In this document: in pieces, positions 24,774-36,879 of the stretch | Layout of the letters: each line of letters opens with the position of its first letter | Position numbering within the stretch: the stretch's first letter is position 1 | NCBI RefSeq assembly: GCF_006345805.1 | Contig: NC_043002.1 | Span: 51,584,001 to 51,648,000 of the forward strand | From: Octopus sinensis | Lineage: Eukaryota | Reading direction: 5' to 3' | DNA length: 64,000 nt | Made by a program: the position numbers and the translations under genes | The notes under the pieces: model-generated | What the model was told of the DNA's origin: nothing | Database searches by the model: none | What the model saw: only the letters and a program-made list of their open reading frames with translations

Positions 24774-25378
24774 TATATATTAACGATTATTGAAGAAAAC
24801 TAGGCCTCAGAAAAGAAGAAAATGCCCATTAAATGTATGAAAATTCACATACTATTATGTCAAACAAGAAACGAGAAAATATGAAATTTTCGTTTGAAGT
24901 AAAACAAAAGTATTACTTGACAAAGTTCCTTTTGTTTGTATGAAATACAATTAAATCGTATTACATAAAACGCGTGAACAATCCTTTCTGTTATAGGCAC
25001 AAAGCCTGAAAAATTTGAGCAAGTTGATTACATTGACTCTAGTGCTTAAATGTATGAAAGGCAAAGTCGACGACGGCAGAATTCGTACTTAGGGCATAAT
25101 GATTCGAAAGGAATGCCGCTAAGCATTTTGCATGACGCGCTAACGATTCTGTCACACGCCACCTTTGAGGAGAGGGATAGTCGATTACATCGACCCTAGT
25201 GCTCTACTGGCATTTATTTCATCGACCCAGAACGATGAAAGGCAAAGTCAATTTCAGAAGAATTTGAACCCACAACGAAAAGCTGGAATGCCGCGAAGCA
25301 CTTTTGTCCGAAGCGCTAAAGATGCTGTCACCTCACCACCGTATAATAGTTCCAAATGTCGGCAAAAGGCCAGCAATT

Positions 25379-25816
25379 GGATCTTTTCGGTTTGAACGGC
25401 AGTTTTTTTCTAGCGGTGTCATATGAAATTGTCACCCATAATTATGACCCTAGTATCGATCTATTACATTTCAATCTCTTTTAGGGTTAGGGTTAGTTAG
25501 GGTTAGGGTTAGGGTTAGGGGTGGGGGAAGAGCATCTTTTTTCTTTACAAATGTAAATAAACCAAATCTGTTTCTTAAACGAGGGACATATTCATACGGC
25601 ATAGAATGTTGTTTACCTCAATGGACGTCAGTGATTGGTTGAAATTGCAGAAATTGAAGAAAAAAAACAACAAATATCTTACAAACCATAGAACTTTCTC
25701 AATAAAGCCAAGAGAAAAAGATGTTTTATAAACACATTCTACTAGTATACGAAGTTTAAAAATTTTTAGTTACCTAGAAATTATGTTAAAAACTGCCGTT
25801 CAAACCGAAAAGATCC
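25379..25816. mobile_element. GGATC-ended MITE with internal (TTAGGG)n and 8-bp TSD
   Basis: ~30-bp TIR GGATCTTTTCGGTTTGAACGGCAGTTTTT. TSD CAGCAATT at 25371-25378 and 25817-25824. Confidence 0.92.
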
Positions 25817-26051
25817 CAGCAATTTTAGGGAAAGGGAGTTTGTCGATTACATTATGGCTAATTGGTACTTATTTTGTCGACCCCCTAAAGGATGAAAGTG
25901 AAGCTGAATTCGGTGGTATTTGACTCAGAACGTAAAGCCGGACGAAATGTCACTGAACGTCTTGTCTGGTGTGCTACCGATTCCGTCAGCTCACCATAAT
26001 TTCTGCCATAGTTAAATTTATAATCTGCATTGCCTAAAACAAAAAACAAAA

Positions 26052-26490
26052 AGGGTACTTTTTGGTTAACTCACCCCCATTAAAAAATTGTCATTAAAAA
26101 ACTGGGTTAGCTCCCCACTAAAAAATTGAGTTTATGTGGCAACAAGAGATTGGATTAAAAAAGTTAGATCCTTTTAATTCAATACTTCAACATATTGTTG
26201 ACGTTTGGCCTCCTCAATTGGTATGGTATGATTTGTTACTAAAATCTTATAAGATTCAGCTTTCATATTTATTAATCTTATCAGTTTTGTATGATTTGTT
26301 ATAAAAATATCATCAGATTCAATAAGCTGTTTTATCTTTCTACTTTTCATGTTTATTAATTTTTTCAATTTTTCTTCTGTTTTATTGAGGATTAAATAAT
26401 TTTTTAGTTGAGGGAGATGACCGATATTTCTCGTAAAACGGGGGAGATAGCCACATTTTTTAATGGGGGTGAGATAACTAAAAATTACAA
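26052..26490. mobile_element. Probable degenerate TIR element
   Basis: TTTTTGGTTAACTCACCCCCATTAAAAAA vs TTTTTAATGGGGGTGAGATAACTAAAAA inverted, with subterminal repeats. Confidence 0.5.
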
Positions 26491-27987
26491 AAAAAAAATG
26501 AAGTTAAAATTTTTAGCTGAAATACTTATAAAATATAACAATTTTATTGAAAAATATTTAATCGGAGAAGTTGAAGATAATCAGGGCTATCTGGTTTCGA
26601 ATTTTAACACAAGACCAATAATTTCGGGGGAGAAGATAAGTCGAGTACATCGACTCCAATATTCAACTGGCATTTATCAATACCCAAAGAATGAGAGGCA
26701 AAGTCGACCTCGGCGGTAATTGAATTTAGAACTTACCGACCTCGGCGGTAATTGAATGCCGCTGAGTATTTTGCTCGGTGTGCTAACAATTCTGCCATCT
26801 CGCCGCCTTCTTACTAATATAAATATTGAATTCAAATTTTGGTACAAGGCCAGCAGTTCCCTCTTCCCAAACAGTTGGCCTTGCTACATCGACCCCAGTG
26901 TTCAAAAGGTACTTATTTTTTATTGATCCGGTAAGGATAAAAGACAAAGTCAAACCTGACAGAATTTGAGCTTAGAACATGAAGATAGAAAGGATGACAC
27001 CAAACATTTTGCCCGGAATGCTAACGAATCGACCAGCTCACTACCTTTTTGTTAGTATAAACATTCAAAAACAAAGTAGTGAGATTATGTACTATTTACT
27101 CCAGTTTAAGGCAACGAGCTGGCAGAATCGTTAGCACGGCGCACAAAACGTTTAGTGGCATTTCTTCCGGCTTTTCGTTCTGAGTTCAAATTCCGCCGAG
27201 GCCGGCTACCCATTTTCATCCCTTTCGAGGGCAATAAAATAAGTACCGGCTGAGCTCTAGGGTCGATGTAATCGACTAGTCACCTCCTCCAAAATTTCAA
27301 GCCTTGTGTCTATAGCAGAAAGGATTATTTGCCCCAGTTGTATTTACATGAGCAAATAATACTTAAAGGGACTATAATATTTACATTCATAAATTGTTTG
27401 AATTCTTTTATCTTTTACTTGTATCATTCATTGAACTGTGACCATGCTGGGGCTCTGCTTTAGAGGGTATACTCGAACAAACTGATCCCAGTACTTATGT
27501 TTTTTAAATCTGGTATTTTTTCTGACAATCTCTTTTGCTGAACTCCTAAGTTTTGAGGACGTAGACAAACCAACATCGATTGTCAAACTGTGAGGTACAA
27601 ACACGATCTTAAAGACACATATGGAACAGACATACATACGTATATACATACATACATACATACATACATACATACAAACATACATACATACATACATACA
27701 TACATACATACGTATATATATATATGTGTGTGTGTGTTTGTATCTAGAGACTATAGAGTGCAGTACTACAGGTGCAGTGAGTGTAACCATGCATGGCTTT
27801 GATGCCTCGTTGTGCATTCAGTCAGCCATTTGTGACTGTATGCACAACCGGAGTACAAATCCGTGTTTACTTTAGTAAGTACGTATGTGTCCTTAAATAC
27901 TGTTTGCACACAATAGCACTACCACTGACCTGACCTTGGTGCTTTACTATTTAAGTACCTGCTTCTCTTGAAAACCGGAAATATATA

Positions 27988-28071
<84 letters not shown>

Positions 28072-28139
28072 GTCCCCTCCCCAATTCAAGATCATACATG
28101 TACACTGCATACATGTACACTGCAACATAATTTCTTTTC

Positions 28140-28290
28140 CTCAACAGGCCCTGCCCTATTTAACATTGCGATTCTTTCTTGCGACATTCTAACCGCATGT
28201 CCGTAGTACCGGAGTAGTGACCTCTCAATGAGGAACAGTAGCAGTTGGAGCTGGAAAGACTCGCGGATCTTTGAATTATACACCTTGTCT
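28140..28290 (-). mobile_element. RTE-like RT C-terminal fragment
   Basis: IERSLLRYYGHAVRMSQERIA. Confidence 0.6.
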
Positions 28291-28793
28291 AATAATATTA
28301 CTTACTCCAGAGATCTTTTCGCCGCTTACATTCGCATGTATATTATTTAATTTAAATTCTGGTGTTGTCTTCCTACTCCTTCTTGACCAGAATTAGACTG
28401 TTTCTTTTACTTGCTTCAGTCATTGGACTGTGGCCATACTGGGACACTGCCTTTGAGGGTATAATCGAACAAATTGACCACAGTACTTATATTTTTAAAT
28501 CTGATATTTATTCTGTCGATTAGACCCTTAAAGATGTTTCTCATCCTCAGAGTGTAATTTTAATTATATTTTCTTAGATTTTTTTTTGCATCATTTGCAT
28601 TAGTGCCCACTTCACTATTAATGTTCATACAGTAAGCATACAAGAGTATTTTCACCTCAATAATTCTTTTCTGTGAAGTATAGTGTTACAATAGCTTCCT
28701 CCATATATCCTTTGGCTGCTCATCTCAGGTTAATAAATGCTAAATGTGTCGAGATATAAATGAGGCGGTCTGTATTTTAACGCTCAATATCAG

Positions 28794-28869
28794 GTGATGC
28801 TGTCAAGGGCGTCAGCAGTCTTTTAACACGACTTAACCCATATAATGATGTTGTTTTGTTTTGGAAACA
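28794..28869 (+). CDS. Candidate exon (DAVKGVSSLLTRLNPYNDVVLFWK)
   Basis: ctcaatatcag acceptor, strong CA|gtgagt donor, 76 nt, phase 1 to 2, unique sequence. Confidence 0.5.
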
Positions 28870-29034
28870 GTGAGTAATTAAAGCTTGTGCTTCTTGGGAT
28901 GGTCTTCGAGGGTGTTCCAAAGACAAGTAAAGTCAGCAACGACGGCAATGATTTGTTGATTCAAATTAACAAATACAACTAGTACAAAGATACTTCTCTT
29001 TAATTTTTTTATATTTCTTTTTTTCACTTGGAAG

Positions 29035-29077
29035 TGGTGGAGTAGCAAGAGCTTATGTCATTCAGTGCGGTTCCCAA
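29035..29077 (+). CDS. Candidate exon (GGVARAYVIQCGSQ)
   Basis: Long pyrimidine tract plus gaag acceptor; phase-2 start fits 28869. Weak donor gtctgc. Confidence 0.25.
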
Positions 29078-29198
29078 GTCTGCCTTTGAACAAGAAATAA
29101 AAAGGCAACATAATACCCGTGAAAGTGTCGCATACGCAACAGCTGTTGCTTCGAAGCAGCCCACTCCCTCTACTATTTAGATTACGTTATACTTATTA

Positions 29199-29199
<1 letters not shown>

Positions 29200-29280
<81 letters not shown>

Positions 29281-29361
29281 TATATGTTGTATTATATATG
29301 TATGTATATATATATGTATGTATATATATATATATGTATGTATATATGTTATATATATATG

Positions 29362-29399
<38 letters not shown>

Positions 29400-29429
29400 A
29401 TATATATATGTATATATATTGTGTATATG

Positions 29430-29460
<31 letters not shown>

Positions 29461-29752
29461 TATATATATATATTATATATATGTATATATATATATATAT
29501 GTATATATATGTATATATATATGTGTATATGTATATATATTATATATATAGTTATATTATATATATTGTATATATATATATATATATGTAAATATATGTA
29601 TATATATATGTGTATGATGTTAATATATATATATTAGTATATGTATATATATATATATGTATATATATATAAATAAATTAATATATATATAATAAATAAA
29701 TATATAGATATAATATATATATATTAAATAAAATATATATATATATAAATAA

Positions 29753-29843
<91 letters not shown>

Positions 29844-29853
29844 TATATATATT
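29200..29853. repeat. Long (TA)n/(TATG)n microsatellite tract
   Basis: Direct inspection. Confidence 0.97.
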
Positions 29854-30545
29854 GACCTGGGTATTCACATGAGTGATGACGCGACCTTTCATGTACATGT
29901 TGCTAAACTGGCAATGAAATGTAGACGGCTGGCTGGCTGGATTCTTGCTCTCAGCTATGGTCACCATCCAGTGTCAAATTGATCACAGAACTTGAGGCGA
30001 TCCAACGAAGCTACACGAAGAAGATAGCCTCTGTGAAGCATATGAGCTACTGGGAAAGACTCAAGAGATTAAAGCTCTATTCCCTGGAGCGTAGGCGAGA
30101 AAGATATGCCATAATATATATCTGGAGGATCCTGGAAGGACTTGTCCCAAACTTTGGCATCGAGAGTCACACAAATGCCAGAACCGGGCGCCACTGCGTA
30201 GTACCAAGGACTCCAAATTTGCCATCAAGATGTAGGACAAGATATTGTGATAGCCTGGGCTTCAGAGGCCCACAGCTCTTCAATATCCTCCCGAAGAACC
30301 TGAGGGACCTGCATGGTGTAGATGCGGATGTCTTTAAAGTAGGACTGGATCGCTTCCTGTCAGGTGTCCCGGATGAACCAACTTCACGGCAGGAGGTGCA
30401 GATGAGGGCAGCTGCATCGAACTCTCTCATCCATCAGTTGGCGTTTGCTAAAAAGCATCCGTGAGGTAAAATCGTGTAGCAAACCTAATGGCGGTGCCCC
30501 AGCATGGCCACAGCTCATTAGCTGAAACTGGAAAAATCAAAAATC
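29854..30545 (+). mobile_element. CR1-group LINE family A, 3' end with intact tail
   Basis: [12 protein letters not shown]...ITELEAIQRSYTKKI..YWERLKRLKLYSLERRRERY...PDEPTSRQEV, stop at 30464, then GGCGGTGCCCCAGCATGGCC...GCTGAAACTGG and (AAAATC)n. Confidence 0.93.
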
Positions 30546-30557
30546 AAAATCAAAATC

Positions 30558-30588
<31 letters not shown>

Positions 30589-30729
30589 TATATATATATG
30601 TATATATATAGTATATATATGCATATATATAGTTAATCCAACCAAGAAAGCACAAAAAAACACAACAACGCGAGGACGTGGAACAAATATAGTATTATTG
30701 GACGCTCAGGAAAGAAGGAAAGAAGGAGG

Positions 30730-30764
30730 GTTTAACGTTTCAAGCAGAGCTCTTCATCGGAAAC
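30730..30764 (-). ncRNA. Minimal hammerhead-like motif (variant core CCGAUGA) in a PLE-type terminal repeat
   Basis: - strand: GTTT CCGATGA A GAGC TCT GCTT GAAAC GT T AAAC. Confidence 0.55.
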
Positions 30765-31207
30765 ATAGGAGAAGGAAAGATCCAGAGAAGGGAAGACAGA
30801 AGAAAAAAATCGCCATGTATATATATATGTATATATGTATGTATATATGTATATATATGTGTGTATATGTATGTATATATATATATGTGTATATATATAT
30901 ATATGTGTTTGTATATATATAGATATATGCATATATATGTGTATATATATAGATATATGCATATATATGTGTGTATATATATATACATATATGTATGCAT
31001 GTATTTACATATGTATGTATACATATATATATACATACATATGTATGGATGTATATATATATGTATATGTATATATATATATGTATATATATATGTATGT
31101 ATATATATATGTATATATGTATATATATGTATATGTATATATGTATATATATATGTATGTATATATATATGTATATATATGTATGTATATATATATGTAT
31201 ATATAAG

Positions 31208-31234
31208 TACATTAAAAGGCTTCCAGAAGAAGAA
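31208..31234 (+). CDS. Candidate 27-nt micro-exon (YIKRLPEEE)
   Basis: Strong GAA|gtgagt donor. Acceptor lies at the microsatellite edge (tataag). Confidence 0.25.
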
Positions 31235-31451
31235 GTGAGTACTAGATACACAAAAGTTGGATAAATTTAGTGAAATGAAAATTAAAAACCTTTACAAACT
31301 CGGTTCATCTTATACTGCAGTTTCGTCTTTTTCAGCATTAAATATAATTTATTGCTTAGGCAGATTTATCAGTAAGACACCTGTTATTCAAGAGTCGCAT
31401 ATCAATAGAAGCATGTGCGTCTCTACTAATTTGCTATCTCTAATTTTTCAG

Positions 31452-31498
31452 ATCATTGCGCAGACGCAGAACGTACCCGACAAACAAAGGGGGTTCTG
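31452..31498 (+). CDS. Candidate exon (IIAQTQNVPDKQRGF if phase 0)
   Basis: ctctaatttttcag acceptor, TG|gtatat donor, locally GC-richer. Frame not fixed. Confidence 0.35.
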
Positions 31499-31867
31499 GT
31501 ATATTGTCTAACGGCCAAAATTTATCGAGAAATACGTAAACATAGTCAAAATGCGATAAAATAAATTATTATGTCTTTTGTGCTAGATCACCGGCGATAA
31601 TAATTTATTTTGACTATGTTTACGTATATGTATATATATGTATATATAATATATATATGTATATATTATGTAGTTATATATATGTATGTATATATATATG
31701 TATGTATATATTATGTAATAATATATATATATGTATGTATATATATATGTATATATGTATGTATATATATATGTATGTATATATGTATGTATATATATAT
31801 ATGTATGTATATATATATGTATATATATATATGTATGCATGTATGTATATATATATATATATATTTA

Positions 31868-34334
31868 TATATCACAGTATGTTGTACTACGAACCGACAG
31901 AAAAGAAAGGAGTCATGGAGGAGTTGCTATGTACATCCGCGAGGACCTCGCACCCAGGTCCTTTTGTCATACTCAAATTCGGTGTGTGACACTAATTGTA
32001 CATATAAGGCAACTTGGTGTAGTTATATGTGCTACATATCATCCTCCAGATGCTCCAAGCAATGTAGGCAAGTTTGAAGACTGCCTTATAAAAATAGAAG
32101 AAGTTCTAGTCACATTAGAACAACACATAAGTGTACTTCTTATGGGAGACTTCAATCTACCCAATATCAGATGGCCCGAGGGCCTTTCTCTCCCAGGAAT
32201 GACACGATGCGAACGAGGACAGGCGAGGTCCCTCCTGAACCCCATCAACACTCTGTACATGGAGCAAATAATACTCCAACCAACCAGGGCAGGTAACATA
32301 CTGGATCTCTGCTTCACAAATAATATGGATCTCATCCATAATGTGAAAGTGACACCGACACTACTCTCGGATCACAACATGATAGAGCTGACCATGTACG
32401 GGCCAAAGGAAAGCATGGACATGCAGCCTACAAGAAACTCTCGGAATCTTTCCAGCTTGAACTTCCATAAGGCAAACTGGAAACAAATTGAGAAAGAGAT
32501 CCTCAAACAAAACTGGCCTGAATGTCTCTCTTCGCCAGACATCGACATGAAACTTCAACAATTCATGTCTGTAATGCAAGCCATATGCTACAAATGTGTC
32601 CCAGAGAGAAAGGCCAATGTACACAAGAACAAAATCCCCAGAGAGAGGAATATTCTAATGAGACGGCGTACAAAAGTTTCAAATCGCCTAAACAAACAAA
32701 TTGAAAGCAGTGAAAAGTCTCGCCTGAAAATGAAACTGTTGGAAATTAAAAAATGTCTGCAACTCTCCCATGAAAAAGAAAGAGCAGACAAAGAAGCCTG
32801 GGCTATAGACAACAAAAAATCTAACCCCAGAGCTTTCTACAGGTATGCCAAAGAAACAGCTACGGTGCACTGTAGGATAGGGCCACTCCTTGAAAAGGAT
32901 GGCACACTCACAGGAAATCCAATGAGGATAAGTGAAATACTAAATGAGCAATTCAAGAGTATTTTCACTCCACCCCTAGGGCATTTTCAAGTCAGCAATC
33001 CAACTGACTTCTTTACCACTGCAGATATAAAATCAGAGGCAGCAATGATTGATTACATCAATATAAAGGAAGACGATGTAATAAAGGCTATAGATGAAAT
33101 GAAAACAAACTCAGCTACTGGCCCCGATGGATTCCCAGTAATCCTTCTAAAAGTATGTAAGAGAGTCCTAGCAAGACCACTGCAGTTCCTCTTTCAGAGC
33201 TTCCTTGCAACTGGCAAATTTCCAAGAAAACTGAAGGAAGGTAAAATATGCCCTATTCATAAAGGAGGTAGCAGAGCGGAGGCCAAGAACTACAGACCTA
33301 TCTCTCTGACCTCAAACATCAGCAAGGTCATGGGACGAATAGTCAGAAGGAAACTAATCACCTTCCTTGAAGAAAATGACTTGCTGCCTGACACCCAACA
33401 TGTTTTCCGACCAGGAAGAAGCTGCTTAACTCAGCTCCTACAACACTATGACTGGGTGCTGAAACGACTGCTCAACCACTCAAATGTGGAAGTCATATAT
33501 CTCGACTTTACAAAGGCCTTTGATAAAGTCGATCATTGAATGATATGTCACAAACTGCGTGATCTTGGCATAGTTGGAAAATTGGGAGAATGTCTTCATG
33601 ACTTTCTGAAGGATAGAAGTCAGGTGGTAGTAGCCATTAACACGCAAATAGTGAGCGGTGTTCCGCAAGGCACTGTTTTGGGACTACTACTGTTCATAAT
33701 GGCCCTCTCAGACATGCCCTCAGCCACGCAGAGAGCCACGATCACAAGTTATGCAGATGATGCAAAAGTTTCACAGTCAATACAGAACCCCGAAGACACT
33801 AAGCACCTGCAATATGAGCTGGACAAAATATACAAGTGGGCTGAAAAGAATAGCATGCAGTTCAATGCTGAAAAGTTTCAAGCTTTATGCTATCAGCATG
33901 CAAAACTAAATGCAATGCCCAATAGATACACTGGACCTGTAGGGATTGCAATCCCAGAGGCACAATCAGTGCGAGACCTGGGTATTTACATGAGTGATGA
34001 TGCAACCTTTCATGTGCATGTTGCTAAATTGGCAATGAAATGTAGGCGACTGACCGGATGGATTCTTGGAAACCATGATGGTCCTCTGGAGGACACTTGT
34101 CCTAAGCCACTTTGACTTTTGCTCTCAGCTATGGTCACCATCTAGTGTGAAGTTAATCACAGAACTTGAGGCGATCCAACGAAGCTACACGAAGAAGATA
34201 GCCTCTGTGCAGAATATAAGCTACTGGGAAAGACTCAAGAGATTAAGACTATATTCCTTTGGGCGTAGGCGAGAAAGATATGCCATAATATACATCTGGA
34301 AGATCCTAGAAGGACTTGTCCCAAACTTTGGCAA
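31868..34334 (+). mobile_element. CR1-group LINE family A, 5'- and 3'-truncated ORF2 (APE endonuclease plus RT)
   Basis: RTDR..R.HGGVAMY, MGDFNLP, NILDLCF, SDHN; GPDG, NYRPISLTS, QH.FRPGRSCLTQL, YLDFTKAFDKVDH, GVPQGTVLG, YADD. Stop at 33537-33539 and internal deletions. Confidence 0.95.
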
Positions 34335-34881
34335 ACTGTTGTTTTATTGCATTATTTCATTCATAATTTTTAAGTAGTGTTCGTTTTTACCCAAGTGAAT
34401 ATAATTTTTAATTCCATTTATTCCATTTCTCTCCGTTCATAATTTTAAGTGATGTCCGTTTCTAGAGCGGGAATGTGGGTTGTATGTGTGTGTGAGGGTA
34501 TGAATAAGTATTGTGTTGAAGTATTTAGCTATTTTATTTTTTTATCGTTGCCTAGACGTTTTTATGTGTATATAGGATATATATATAGGTGTGTGATTTA
34601 GTGTATGTATTTAGATATGGTTATATATAATTAGTTATATGTGTATGGGCGTATATATAGTTTATTTTTTGTTTTGTTTTATATTTTATATTTTATATTT
34701 TATATTTTATATTTAATTGTTGATAGGTTTATTTTAGTTTATATATTGTTTATATATTGATTATATATGGATTATATATAGGTTATAAATAGATTATATA
34801 TTTATATTTTTACTTTAATACTTTAATTATTTTAAAATTATTATTTTTATATTTTAAATATTGATATTTTAGATTGGAAGT

Positions 34882-34924
34882 CCACCTGAAGATTGTCGAT
34901 CAAGACAAGAAACAATTGTAGTGG
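34882..34924 (+). ncRNA. Canonical minimal type I hammerhead ribozyme motif
   Basis: CCAC CTGAAGA TTGTC GATCAA GACAA GAAAC AATT GTA GTGG: all core nucleotides present, stems I and II perfect, palindromic stem III, GUA cleavage triplet. Confidence 0.85.
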
Positions 34925-35093
34925 CGGTTTTTTTGACTTTTTATTAAATTTTATGTATTGATTAAGTCTTTCCTTTTTGTTTTGCAAAATAGTGGTTTTG
35001 TCTCTAATAATATTATATAATATTTTACTATAAAATTGGATTTAATCCTAAATCTGATTTTTCCCTGTAAATTTGGATTTATTCCCTAATATT

Positions 35094-35151
<58 letters not shown>

Positions 35152-35154
35152 TCT

Positions 35155-35183
<29 letters not shown>

Positions 35184-35185
<2 letters not shown>

Positions 35186-35634
35186 CAGGTGTCCCAAAAG
35201 TATAACACATTTTAAATAATTGTAAAGAAAGTATATGTTATTAAAATACATTTCATTTTCAAAATTTTATATCATTGTGTTGTCAGTGCCTTTTTTCAAA
35301 CTGACGTCCGTTCTGGTCCAGGCACTGATGACAATGCAAAGCAGTGGAGTCGCAAACATCACGAAACAGTTCGTTTGGTATTTGTGTGTGCTCTCGTTCA
35401 ATGACTACTGTCAAATCAGCGACTGTTGCAGGTTTCATTGCGTAAACTTTGTCATTGGGTATGCTCATAAAGAAATAGTGTAGTTGTGTGAGCTCTGGTG
35501 AACACGGAGGATATTCAAAGAAACCTCCTCGTCCAATGCACCTATTTGACAAGAACTCATCAAGGAAGGACCAACATCACGATGGTAGTATGGGGTTCCA
35601 CATCTTGCTGAAAATTTATATTTGGGATACCCTG
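35184..35634 (-). mobile_element. Internally deleted rosa-like Tc1/mariner element
   Basis: TIRs CAGGTGTCCCAAAAG / CAGGGTATCCCAAA(rc) in TA runs. WIGRGG..EYPP.SPELT..YFF..DKVY..KPATV. Confidence 0.8.
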
Positions 35635-35708
35635 TATATATATGTATGTCGATCTCTCTCATTCTCTCTCTCTCTCTCCCTATATATATATTATATATAA
35701 TATATATA

Positions 35709-35748
<40 letters not shown>

Positions 35749-35789
35749 TTGATGTATATATGCATGCATATGTATGTATGTGTATACTC

Positions 35790-36190
35790 TTTTTACTCGT
35801 TTCAGTCATTTGACTGTGGCCATGCTGGAGCGCCGCCTTTAGTCGAGCAAATCGACCCAGGACTTATTCTTTTTAAGCCTAGTAGTTATTCTATCGTTCT
35901 CTTTTGCCGAACTGCTAAGTTACGGGGACCTAAACACACCAGCATCGGTTGTCAAGCGATGGTAGGGGGACAAACACAGACACACAAACATACACACAGA
36001 CACATATATATACGTGTGCATATATACGACGGGCTTCTTTCAGTTTCCGTCTACTAAATCCACTCATAAGGCTTTGGTTGACCCAAAGCTATAGTAGAAG
36101 ACACTTGCCCAAGGTGGAACGCAGTGGGACTGAACCCGGAACCATCTGTTTAGTGAGCAAGCTATTTACCACACAGCCACTCCTACGCCT
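35790..36190 (-). mobile_element. SINE family A, full length
   Basis: Family head at 36150-36190 and tail at 35790-35840. Confidence 0.9.
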
Positions 36191-36215
36191 ATGTGTGTAT
36201 ATATATATATATATA

Positions 36216-36847
36216 CTAGCAGTATATCGCCCGGCGTTGCTCTGGTTTGTAAGGGAAATAACTATATAAGCATTTTTAGAGAGTTTAGAGCCAAAAAATA
36301 GCAAAAAATGCATTAAAAATGGAAAAATAATATGGTAAATTTTTTTAAAATCGTTTACTATCGTAGACATTTTTAGAGAGTTACTTCCCTTTATATAAAG
36401 CGAAAAAATGCATTAAAATGGAAAAAAAACGATGGTAAATTTTTTTTTAAATCGTAGACTCATGTAGACGCTTTCTTAGCCATTCTCTGTTTTGGTGTCT
36501 TCAGCCATGAAGTCGTTGTTCTAAAAGAACACTGGTCTCCTTGAAACGCATTACGACGTTGATTTCCTTACACTCCCTTCCCCACAGGTGCAGGTGTGAG
36601 CGTGGACGCCACTCCGCCGCCATCGACACACGAAAAATTATGCATTAAATGGAATAAAAAAATGATGTTAAATTATTTTAAAATCGTAGACTCATCGTAG
36701 ACGCGCGCTATATTCAGACGGGCTCGATATGAATCACGACTATAAGCTACCCGAATTTGGTTAACTGTACCGCAAAATGTGGGAGTAGTTAGGAATCTAA
36801 ATCGAAGGGACAGACACTCACACAACTACAGTTTTATTATATATAGA
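36216..36847 (-). mobile_element. Non-autonomous Helitron, complete ends
   Basis: - strand A|TC start, GAGCAACGCCGGGCGAT..ACTGCTAG|T end. Colinear with the 47823 and 58197 copies. Confidence 0.85.
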
Positions 36848-36879
36848 TTACATAGCGCAGTAGTGGTAGATATGAGACA

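Larger units (their letters stand above)
24990..27330. mobile_element. Cluster of degenerate SINE-B copies, mostly - strand
   Basis: Repeated AAGGCAAAGTCGAC..CGG..GAATTTGAAC.CAGAAC and GGCACAAGGCC motifs. Confidence 0.75.
30815..31870. repeat. (TA)n/(TATG)n tracts (30815-31205, 31627-31867) around a unique island
   Basis: Direct inspection. Confidence 0.95.

Noticed and set aside
25483-25520. TTAGGG runs as a telomere or fusion scar
   Set aside because: Short and enclosed within TIR/TSD-bounded MITEs; also present in the sister copies.
28794-28835. GDAVKGVSSLL as a P-loop
   Set aside because: Lacks the GxxxxGK[ST] order (reads KGV, not GK).
29119-31990. Long Y/I/M/C-rich ORFs and the N-terminus of the 602-aa ORF
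   Set aside because: Translations of (TA)n/(TATG)n microsatellites. The real coding signal starts at ~31868 (LINE endonuclease).
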